Both the position numbers and the translations under genes were made by a program. From Octopus bimaculoides (lineage: Eukaryota): a stretch of DNA of 36,841 nt. Under the pieces are notes generated by a model. The model searched no databases. It saw only the letters and a list, made by a program, of their open reading frames with translations, and had not been told where the DNA came from. Every line of letters starts with the position of its first letter. The first letter of the stretch is position 1. Below, piece by piece: positions 1 through 9,279 of the stretch. The DNA lies in NCBI RefSeq assembly GCF_001194135.2, contig NC_068992.1, positions 15,108,013 to 15,144,853 of the forward strand, given 5' to 3'.

Positions 1-369
1 ATATATATATATATATATATATAAACACATATATATTTATATATGCATGTGCTGGCATCAGGAAAAGGATTTTTGTAGTAGTAGTAGTAGTAGAATTATG
101 TGATGTTAGGTGGTGTTGTTTAGCACGGAGTCATTCTGAATGAATAGACCAAGGCTATGATAAAAGGCTGTCCAAGACTATGGTAAAAGGCTGTCTAAGC
201 ATGACCATCACGTCTTTTCAAAGAATGCTCTATTAGAATACATCTTGATCAATTTTTTTTTTCTTTAATACAGTAAAGTAGTATCAGAAAATAAAAGATT
301 TAGCTGCTGTTTCTAACAGTTTGAGTAACCCGATAGAGATTTCCCCATTGGTTTGGTGTGTAGCAGTTT

Positions 370-1018
370 TGGAAGTATTATTGTTGTTGTTGTTGTTGTT
401 GTTTGTGGTGGTGTTGGCAGCAGTGGTGGTGGTAGTTGTATCTGTGATGTCAGTGGTAACAGTGTTAGTTTTACTAGTAGTAGTAGCAGTAGTAGTGTTG
501 ATATTAGAGACAGTATAATTGATAGTGTCGTTAATATTGCCGGTCCTAGTGGTGCTGATAGTTTCAAGAGTACAGATTATAGTATTGGTAACAGTGGTAG
601 TGGTGGTGGTGGTGGTGGTGGTGGTTTGTCGTATTGATAGCACAACAAATGATGATAGTATTGGTAATGGTAGACATTGGTGAGAATAACAATAGTGGTG
701 ATAAAGATGATAGTAGTAGTAGTAGTAGTAGTATAGCCGTGGCGGTGGTGGTGGTAGTGGTGGTTGTGGTGGTGGTGGTGGTGGTGGCGGTAGTGGTGGT
801 GGTGGTCATGGCATTGGTAATAATGGTTGTAGTGTGTGTGTGTGTGGTAGCAGTAGTAGAAATAATACCAACAACACTAGAAACACCAGTTGCAACAGTG
901 CTGCTTGTGGTAGTAGCTGTTGTAGTAGTAGTAGTAGTAGTAGTATTTGCATTAGTAGCAGTGGTGGTGGTGGTGGTGGTGGTGGTGGTGGTGGTGGTGG
1001 TGGTGGTATTCAATCTGG
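370..1018. repeat. Compound G/T-rich trinucleotide microsatellite (GGT/AGT/TTG)
   Basis: Long imperfect runs of GGT, AGT and TTG; source of the poly-Thr/Val/Gly pseudo-ORFs in the track. Confidence 0.95.
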
Positions 1019-1129
1019 TGTTAATGATGTGTAAGCTTGGGAAGTCTACTCTGCCTAGCGAAGCAGCTTTTTCCTCTGCAATATAGCAGTTGAGTAGGAA
1101 CCAGATAGTGTTGGCAAAACGGTTCTAGT

Positions 1130-1451
1130 ACAGCCGCTGCTGCCACTGCTGCTGCTGTTACCACCAGAGATTGTACCCCTATTACTACCACCACACCACG
1201 ACCACCACAACTTCCGACTACCACCAGCACTACTACCACTACTGCTGCTGCTATTACGACTACTATTACAACAGCTGCTGCTGCTAATACTATAACTACT
1301 ATAACAACAACAACAGCTGCTGCTGCTACCACCACCACGACTACTACTACTTGAACAGCTGCTGCTGCTGCTACTACTACTACCACCACCACCACCTCTA
1401 CCACCACCACCTCCACCACCACCACTACTACCCTGCTGCTGCTGCTGTTAA

Positions 1452-1492
<41 letters not shown>
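1130..1492. repeat. Compound C/A-rich trinucleotide microsatellite (ACC/ACT/GCT)
   Basis: Runs of ACC, ACT and GCT ending in a perfect (ACT)n at about 1453-1492. Confidence 0.95.
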
Positions 1493-1495
1493 TTG

Positions 1496-1835
1496 ATTTT
1501 AAATTCTGGCGCAAGGCCTGCAGTTTGGGAGCAGAGAGTAAGGTCGGACCCCAGTGCTCAACTGGTACTTATTGTTAGTATTCTGCGCAAAATGCTTAGC
1601 GGCATTTCGTCTGCCTTTATGTTCTGAGTTCAAATTCCACTGAGGGTTGACTTTGCTTTTCATCCTTTCAGGGTCAACAAAATAAGTACCTGTCGAATAC
1701 TGGGGTCCATGAAGGCAGAGTGCCATGAAAGGCAAAGTTGATCGCAACAGAATTTGAACTCAGAACATAAATAGGGACAAAATGCTGCCAAGCAATTAAC
1801 CTGACATGCTAACGAATCTGCCAGCTCGCTGCCTT
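1496..1835 (-). mobile_element. Family A SINE split by a nested opposite-strand family A copy
   Basis: Minus-strand 3' half at 1496-1573 and 5' half at 1726-1835 (with the TGGCAG A-box-like head), interrupted by a 5'-truncated plus-strand copy at 1584-1707. All align by eye to the copy at 16792-17013. Confidence 0.8.
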
Positions 1836-1865
1836 TATATAATAATAAAAGTAATAACGATAATG

Positions 1866-2084
1866 AGGTCAGAGTCTTGCACAAGACCAGTGATTTTAGC
1901 AGGTGGGTGAATGTTGATCCGATTGACCCTTCTGTTCATCAGATACTTCATTCATTGACACCCAAAAGGATGAAAGGTCAAGTAGACCTTGGCATCGTTT
2001 GAACTCAGAATGTAAGGTCAGGTGAAATGCGTGAAGCATTTTACTCTGGCATGCTAATAATGGTTCTGCCACTCTGCCACCTTA
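1866..2084 (-). mobile_element. Family A tRNA-derived SINE, diverged near-full copy
   Basis: Contains ...aaaggatgaaaggtcaagtagacc...tttgaactcagaa...ttctgccactctgccacctt, the reverse complement of the family A body, B-box and head; (AAT)n follows. Confidence 0.8.
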
Positions 2085-2109
2085 ATAATAATAATAATAA
2101 TAATAATAA

Positions 2110-2663
2110 GATGCCCTGATGCAGTGCCAGGCAGTGGTTCTCATGGCTTCTGATCTTAATTGATTGGAAGTGTTATCATGTACATTGTTTTGTCTTGGTA
2201 TAAAAGATAAGCTACAGCAAATATTCTGCTCAATACCACAGATTTGCTTGTCAGTTGTTTAACCTTAACCAGTTGAGCATGTCCCTTGGTGGCTGACTAT
2301 ATGTGCATCTCTGATCATGAGCAGAAGTAGTGGGGGAGCATCATAGTCATGTGTTGAGAGGAATTCTTTGGGGTTTGAATAATTCACCTTTGGAAACATG
2401 GGTGTTTTGCTCAACATCCTTAAACAAACCTTATTCAGGGACCTTTTGAGCGGGATGGGCTCCTTGACCTGAAGAAAATTCTAACTAGGCTCCACCTGTG
2501 AGGTCATGCGCTGTTTATTTTGATATGAGATCACCATGTCACGCACATATGGTTGTGATGCATGCTGGTGTACCCTTATCAGACAGGTAGTCATGATGGG
2601 TATGCAGGGTTTCGTAAATTTTACCCCAGTGTCACTTTGATGGCATGCACTGCTCTCTCACTC
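2110..2663 (+). mobile_element. Unclassified ~554-bp interspersed repeat embedded in (AAT)n
   Basis: Highly similar to 23410-23862; flanked on both sides by (AAT)n; no ORF, TIR or tRNA head seen. Strand is inferred from left-end truncation of the second copy. Confidence 0.85.
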
Positions 2664-2707
2664 AATAATAATAATAATAATAATAACAACAATAATAATA
2701 ATAATAT

Positions 2708-3292
2708 AATGTAATGATTCTTTGGGACTTCCCAGTATGTATAGACTGGACCATCAAAGCAAATAAACCAGATATAATTGTGAAAGACCAAAACAATAAA
2801 GTCCGTTTATTGATTGACATGAGCATACCCTGTGACCATAATATCTTGGCAAAAAATTAGATGAGCTCAGAAAATATAAAGATTTGCTATTTGCAATCGA
2901 AAATATGTGGCATCTCAAGTCAGTTACAATGCCAATGATTGTAGGAGCACTTGGAATGATCAAAAAAAGAATCAAAAACTATTTAAGAATGATTCCTGGC
3001 TTACCATCCATTCAGGAAGTGCAAAAGATTGTCTTAACTGGTATGTCATGCGTACTGAGAAGAGCATTGTCATTGTGAATTTTCTTTCCCTTTCCCCTTT
3101 ATTTTCTTTGTTTACTTTCTTATTTTTTAATTTTTTTCCCTCTCTCTGTCTTTCTTCCCCTCTTTCTCCATCACGACTTTGTAAATGAACAATCTGATGT
3201 GTTTATCTTAATGGCCTGCCAATGTATACAGTGAGCTTCACTGCCATAAGTGTCAGAAAGACAAGAAATGGAAACAGAACTGAAAGAAAATG
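2708..3292 (+). mobile_element. 5'-truncated R4/Dong-type non-LTR retrotransposon (restriction-like endonuclease C-terminus + 3' UTR)
   Basis: Translates with one frameshift near 2870 as ILWDFPVCIDWTIKANKPDIIVKDQNNKVRLLIDMSIPCDHNI...KYKDL...MIVGALGMIKK...VQKIVLTGMSCVLRRALSL*, the PD..D REL domain and LGT..LR.VL-type tail of R2/R4/NeSL-group LINEs. Stop at 3078; (AAT)n on both sides. Confidence 0.9.
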
Positions 3293-3327
<35 letters not shown>

Positions 3328-3426
3328 CCTTTCTACTAAAGGTACAAGACCTGGAATTTTGAGTTAGGGAGCTAGTCGATTAAATTGACCCCAGTACTCA
3401 ACTGGTATTTATTTTATTGACTCCGT
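3328..3426 (-). mobile_element. Family A SINE, 3' half
   Basis: cctttctact...gtacaagacctggaa...tcgattaaattgaccccagtactcaactggta is the reverse complement of the family A tail; abuts (AAT)n. Confidence 0.8.
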
Positions 3427-3694
3427 AAGTTACAATAGAGGGACAAGCACAAGTGTCTTGTCATAGAGAAGATACAAGTCTACCCAACATTAATTAAGGG
3501 TGGATGGGAATAGTCGAGAAGAAGATAAAAGAGGGTACTGATGGAGTACCAGAGCAAGATCTCAAGGCACAAGAAGGTGAGTATAAGAGAGGTTTCAAAC
3601 AGATGGCCATGGTAGGAGAAGAGGAGAGAGAGCAGATGCTTTCATAAGTGTGTGAGGGGAGAGTAACTGATGATTACAAATATAATGATAATAA

Positions 3695-3902
3695 TTTTTT
3701 TATTTAGGGGTAGAAGCTAGTTGTTACCATCAATCCCAGTATTTCAAAGGGACTTAATTATATCAGTTCTGCAGGGAGGGGGGGATAAAGACAAAGTTAA
3801 CCTTGGTGGGATTTGAACTTGAACTCAGAACACAAAGAGTCAGAATGAATAGGTATATGGTATTTTGTACCTTGCTCTAATGATTCTTGCAATCCGCTGC
3901 CC
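3695..3902 (-). mobile_element. Family A SINE, diverged copy
   Basis: Retains aaagacaaagttaacctt..tttgaactcagaac and a degenerate head. Confidence 0.65.
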
Positions 3903-3951
3903 AAGGAGGACACATAATTAGTAACAGACAGGAATAGACAGAAATGAGAAA

Positions 3952-3953
<2 letters not shown>

Positions 3954-4030
<77 letters not shown>
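3954..4030. repeat. (GA)n microsatellite
   Basis: Direct. Confidence 0.97.
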
Positions 4031-4031
<1 letters not shown>

Positions 4032-4240
4032 ACAGAAGAAAACGGTAGAGAAAAGAAGAATTAAAAGACAGAAATATGATGGCAGAAGCAGTCGTAGATA
4101 AAAGATAGATAAGGAAGACAGAAGAAAGAAGTGAGGAGAAGATGAAGTCAAAGGATAGAGAGAAGAGAAAAGAAGAGAAGAAGAAATAATAGGAGAAAGA
4201 AGACTGAAAAGAAAATACAGTGAATAAAGTGGATGAATAA

Positions 4241-4433
4241 GCACCTATTACACTCTTGGAATGGTTGGTATTAAGAAGGGCATCCAACCATAGAAAACAT
4301 GTCAAAACAGACTGGCGTCTGGTGTAGTCCCTCAGCTTGCCAGCTCTGGTTAAACCATCCAACCCATGCCAGCATAGACAACAGACACTAAATGATGATG
4401 ATGATGAGGATGATGTTGATGATGATGATGATG
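4241..4433 (+). mobile_element. 3' fragment of a SINE/LINE tail ending in (GAT)n
   Basis: aagcacctattacactc..gaagggcatcca...tccaacccatgccagcat..taaatgatgatg; recalled as a common octopus retroposon 3' end. Single copy in this window. Confidence 0.6.
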
Positions 4434-4781
4434 AAAGGAGTTCAAGACCAGCTGCATAAGGAAGTTTCTATATGCTGTTCTTATAGCAGAAACTATGGAC
4501 CAGTGAGTTGTTCTCAACTGGGATCCATATGGTCCTTGTGGGGTCCATTTAAAGATTTTGTTAAAATTCATGTGAAATAAATTGGTTAAACTTCTAAAAT
4601 ACAGAAAATGCTTTAATAGCTTTTAATACAATTGGTAATAATTTTAACTTATAAAAATGCAATAGGATCTTTTGAAAAAAAAAAATCAAATGGTTATGAG
4701 GGTCCAATAGAATAGAACAGGAATCAAAGGGATCCACAGGCCAAAAATGGTTGAATGATTGCAGAAATGGAAGCCAAACCT

Positions 4782-5369
4782 GGAGCTAGACTGTCAAAGA
4801 ATTTAGAATTCCTATGTGTCTGGTGCGCAGGTGAAATTATCAGTAACTGAAGAGGTTCTGAGAAGACTCCTTAAATGAAACTAATTGCTTTTCCGCATTG
4901 GTAAATCTAATTATCAGCAGAGGAGGATGTGCCGAAAGCATTGTTGACAGAGTTAGAACAGAGTGGGAAGAGATCTGTGAGCCGTAACACAGTTTCATTC
5001 TTAGAATGAAGGGCAAGTTGTATGATGTTAGGGTAAGAACTGTAATGCTGCATGATAGTAAGATGTGGACCTTAAATGAGTTAAATTTGGAATAGATGTA
5101 GAGGAATGAAGTGAGCATGGTCCACTGGATGTGAAATGTGTGTATAAATGGGAGAAAAATTGGGTGTAATATCCAGGGTGTACATTCCGGGTGTGCTTGG
5201 TGTGCACTGCCCACCCATAAAAAACGGTAACTTTTTTACTCTTTTACTTGTTTCAGTCATTTGACTGCGGACATGCTGGAGCACTGCCTTTAGTCGAACA
5301 AATCAACCCCAGGACTTATTCTTTATAAGCCTAGCACTTATTCTATCAGACTTTTTTGTNNNNNNNNNN

Positions 5370-5401
<32 letters not shown>

Positions 5402-5835
5402 CAACGTGCCTCTTCCAGTTTCTGCCTACCAAATCCACTCAAGGCTTTGGTTGGCCCAAGGCTATAGTAGAAGACACTTGCCCAAGGTGCCACACAGTGG
5501 GAAATTCATTATAAATATTAATCTTGCTCATTAATTTAATCCCACATCTAATTTATAGCTTTTGTTATACCACTGCTTGAAATTTGGTAGCATTGTGTGT
5601 AGCAGCAGACCCAGTATGACAACCACCACACACCACTGCATACCATGTAAGGAGCAAGAGAGAAAACTGCTCTGATGAGGGCCCGTGAGGTCTATGGAGA
5701 ATGTCAGTGGTTTAAAGAAAAGCTGAGCTCTTGAAGTGGACGGAACTTGTGGAGGAAGAAGGCTGACGAAGACTAACCTCAAGATGCTGGACCATACAAA
5801 GGATGACAAAGAACCATAATGATTGGTGATACACC
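4782..5835 (+). mobile_element. Decayed RTE-clade LINE ORF (RT C-terminal region), interrupted at about 5180-5640
   Basis: Translates with stops as RLSKNLEFLCVWCAG...SRGGCAESIVDRVRTEW...LRMKGKLYDVRVRTVMLHDSKMW...RNEVSMVHWM; after the insertion EQERKLL**GPVRSM...EVDGTCGGRRLTKT..LKMLD..MTKNHNDW. These match RTE motifs (KG.LY..CVR..MLHGSETW; ERRLRWYGHV; G.RGRGRPRKTW). Confidence 0.8.
5232..5502 (-). mobile_element. Family M SINE (CORE-like segment + internal (TA)n + AAAAG(T)A tail), spans a 10-N gap
   Basis: Reverse complement ccttgggcaagtgtcttctactatagcc..accaaagcc..agtggatttggtag matches 7773-7866; the tail catg..cgcagtcaaatgactgaaacaagtaaaaga matches 12887-12990 and 21258-21409. Confidence 0.85.
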
Positions 5836-5940
5836 AATAAAGAATCAAAATTATTAACAACAACAAAAATAAAAACAATTCTGCCAGCAATTTTAATGGG
5901 AAAATGTATTTGCATTGGGAGCCCTTCGCATCGAAGATCG

Positions 5941-5999
5941 GTGATTGTCACATGCTGACGAAGGGTAAATACCCAGAAACCCGGGTCCGTGCATATCAC
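5941..5999 (+). ncRNA. Type I hammerhead ribozyme motif (minimal, palindromic stem III)
   Basis: CUGACGA 5955-5961; stem II GGGU/ACCC 5963-5974; GAAA 5976-5979; stem III ACCCGGGU 5979-5986; GUC cleavage triplet 5985-5987; stem I CAUG/CGUG plus GUGAU/AUCAC. One non-canonical feature: A.A at positions 10.1/11.1. Confidence 0.75.
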
Positions 6000-6646
6000 G
6001 TCAGATCGACGATGGGAAGGATGACTTCCCTTTGCAAATACCGACAGGGCACGGAAAGTGTGTCAATAGCCAGCTGGAGGAGATGTTCTCCTGGGGCTAC
6101 AAGCTACAGTAGCATTCACCCTTAGTGGTTAGCTGCATTTAAGTGGCAAATATACTTCCCAAATTACAATAAACAATAGTGAAGAATGGGAGGTTATAAA
6201 ATAAGAATCAGAACCAAGAAAAAAGTACAAAATTAAAAAGGGAGAAAGCAATGTGAGATCTTTTAAATTGTGTCTTGACCTGCTAGAAAATAGCAGCTTA
6301 GTTTCCTTTAGATTACATTCTGCTGTCTTTCAAAAGAGGATACATTTGGTAGTGTAGTCCTAGATATGCCTGAGAGATAGAATGAACGGGTGGTTTTGGC
6401 TGTAATACTTTTTCTGAACATTAACTTTGCTCTCAGTAAGGTATGGATGAGCTAGGGCTAAACAATAAGGAGAAAGAGTGGAAAGGAGAGGGAGGGGGTC
6501 AGAGAGAGAGAGTGAGAGAGAGAGAGAGATAAAGGGAGAGGGAGGGAAGGAGGGATAGAGAGAGATTGGTGTTAATAAAGCTAAGTATGCAACAGCCAAT
6601 ACGTTGACGGAGGTGAAAGCAAAACTGAAGGTTGAGGAACACGCCA

Positions 6647-6736
6647 ATCCATCCATCCGTCCATCCATCCATCCATTCATCCATCCATCAATACGTACAT
6701 ACATACATGCATACATGCATGCATACATACATACAT
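6647..6736. repeat. (CCAT)n/(TACA)n tetranucleotide microsatellites
   Basis: Direct. Confidence 0.95.
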
Positions 6737-7772
6737 ACGGCCAGCTAGCCTTCCAACAATTACGGGCAACTAAGTAAACAAGCAACTCGCCGAGCAAGTA
6801 AGCTAGCAAGCTGTCAATACAATTCGGTTCTACCCTGAGAGTAAATACATTATTATATAGACAGTTGCTTGTCTACCTGGTTGGCGAGACGGCAGGTGGT
6901 TTAATTGCTTGGCTGGCTGGCTGGCTGGCTGGCTAGTCTGTTGGCAAACACACATAGACACACATTCACACATACATACACACATACATACACACATACA
7001 TACACACACAAACACCTCTGATCGATATATCGATTGATACTTTCAGCGTGACGTGACGTGACGTGACGCTTGACGCAAGCAGCCGGTCGTAATGATAAAG
7101 GTGGCAGTAGTGGTAGGAGTGGCGAAATTAGAGAGAGTGAGGGAGGGAGGGAGGGAGATAGAGAAAAAGAGAGGGGGTAGAGAGAGAAAGGTTGTGGGAG
7201 GTGAAGGAGTTATTAAGTGTCACCTGAAACCCCTAGACAGGCAATTCGACCTGTTAGAAATAGCACCCAATTCGAAATAAAAACAAGTCACATAATATTG
7301 ATAGAAATACAAATAAATATTAAAAAGAAAAAACAGGACAGATATTGTAGCGAAATATGACCCGAAAAGGACGAGGATGGTCACGTGTGTTTGATCGGTC
7401 AATAAATCTAGGTAAGATTTGGGGCTCAACCATAACAACAACAACAACAACAGCAACAATAACAAACATTTCAGTTTCTTTCTACACACACACACACGCA
7501 CACACGGATGTGTACGTATACACGTGTATGTGTGTGCGTGCCCACGCGAGTGTTTGTGTGTATGTATGTATAAATGGTTAAAAGTATATGCGTATGTATG
7601 TATGTATATATGAATATATAAATGAATACACACACACACACACAGACACACACATAAGTTTGGTGATGCAAAGAGGCAAATAGAACAGAAAACATGAGTA
7701 TACATACATACATACATACATACATACATAAATACATACATAAATACGCACACACACACACACACATATATA

Positions 7773-7863
7773 GCAGAACCTTAGGCAAGTGTCTTTTATT
7801 ATAGCCACGGGCCGACCAAAGCCTTGTGAGTGGATTTGGTAGACGGAAATTGAAATTAGTCCG

Positions 7864-7925
<62 letters not shown>

Positions 7926-8085
7926 TTATGTGTGTGTATGTGTGTTTGTTGCCCCCCCCCCGCATTCGCTTGACAGCCTATGCTGGTATGTTTATGTCCC
8001 CGTTACTTAGCGGTTCGGCAAAATAGGCCGATAGAATAGATACTAGGCTTAGTAAAAATAAGTCCTGGGGTAGATTTCTTTCGAC
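7773..8085 (+). mobile_element. Family M SINE, headless, with internal (TA)n(TG)n
   Basis: CORE-like ccttaggcaagtgtc, (TA)n at about 7866-7912, then gcttgacagcctatgctgg...cttagcggttcggcaaaa..ccgatagaata..tactaggctt..aataagtcctgggg. Confidence 0.85.
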
Positions 8086-8157
8086 CCTTGAGACAACCTT
8101 TAATTTGATTGTTAATAACAAAACACATACACACACACACATACGAACACACAGAAA

Positions 8158-8160
8158 GAT

Positions 8161-8191
<31 letters not shown>
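8158..8191. repeat. (GATA)n microsatellite
   Basis: Direct. Confidence 0.95.
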
Positions 8192-8559
8192 TGTGTCTTT
8201 ATTGGCCACATAGGGCTGAACACAGTAGTGACAAAATACAAAGAAGAGCTTTTCTTTTGGGAAGGAAAGTAAAAAAGGAAGGGGGTAGAATTTCGATCAA
8301 AAAGGATCGTGGAAAAACAAAAAAGGAAGAAGCCGATCAATAGGAATCGTGTATCACAGAAACGTTATAATGTAAAAGGGGGAACAGATTAGATTTATCC
8401 GTGGAAAGAAAAGCCTACGGAAAAGACCACCGCAACTTTGGGCAATAATGTCATGCAAAAAACGCATTACAGTAAAAGTGACCGACGATTTTCTTTTAAG
8501 AATTTAAGATGTATAGTCGGGGGAAATCGCAGATACGCGCTGTGCAAGATGTACTCGAG

Positions 8560-9265
8560 CTTTGTCCAACTTTCGCAAAACTGACTGGAAATCCATTCCA
8601 GAAGAAATCCTGACACGGAAGGAACTAGAAAGTTTCTCTACGCCTGACAATGCCATAAATCTCGAGCAGTTTATGTCGATAAAGTAAGCCTTGTGCATTA
8701 GATATGTTTGAGAATGAAAAAAAAATATATAATTGCTAGAAAATGGAATGTTCTTAGGAAACGTTGAGCAAAAATTTTGAATCGGTTAAACGGTCAATAT
8801 AAGGCAAGAAGACCACAAGAGAGACGAGGACTATCGAGAATATAGAATCGACACCACAGTTCTACAAAGGAAAAGGGTAACCATCGATTATTTGGACATA
8901 AATGCGGAAGATGTAACATCGACCGTTGATAACATCCACAGGCCCCAGTGGATTTCTAGCAAGCCTCCTAAAAACATGTAAACAGGCTTTAGATAATCCA
9001 CTCCCTATACTTTAAGGAAGTTTCTCATCAAGTTAGAAATCTCTTTAAATGTTGAAGGATGGCATTAATATACCCTTGGCATGAAGGAGAAAGCAGAGTA
9101 GATGCTAGAAATTACAGACTTATCTGTCTTATTACGTTCATCAGCAAAGTCATGAAACGGATTATTAGAGAAAAGCCGATCACGTTTTTTAAAGAGAATA
9201 ATTTGTTTGCTAACAATCAGCATGATTTTCGCCCAGGAAAAAGCTGCTGTACACAGTTACTGTTC
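8560..9265 (+). mobile_element. Decayed CR1/L2-group LINE ORF2 (tether region + RT N-terminus)
   Basis: NFRKTDWKSI... then GPSGFLASLLKTCKQAL..PL...ALIYPWHEGESRVDARNYRLICLITFISKVMKRIIR...ENNLFANNQHDFRPGKSCCTQLL, matching the NYRPISL..KV.ERI / QHGFR.GRSC.TQLL RT motifs. Confidence 0.9.
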
Positions 9266-9279
9266 GCTCTGAAGTTAAC

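Noticed and set aside
284-1578. Overlapping poly-Thr/Val/Gly/His ORFs (mucin-like appearance)
   Set aside because: Open on both strands and in several frames because trinucleotide repeats lack stops; no consistent splice or start context.
2570-2620. Possible HDV-like or hammerhead ribozyme at the end of the 554-bp element
   Set aside because: Folds as a simple nested hairpin; pseudoknot order and catalytic core not found.
5671-5700. CTGATGAG hammerhead-like core (also CTGACGAAG at 5763)
   Set aside because: No GAAA or stem III in register; both fall within decayed RTE codons.
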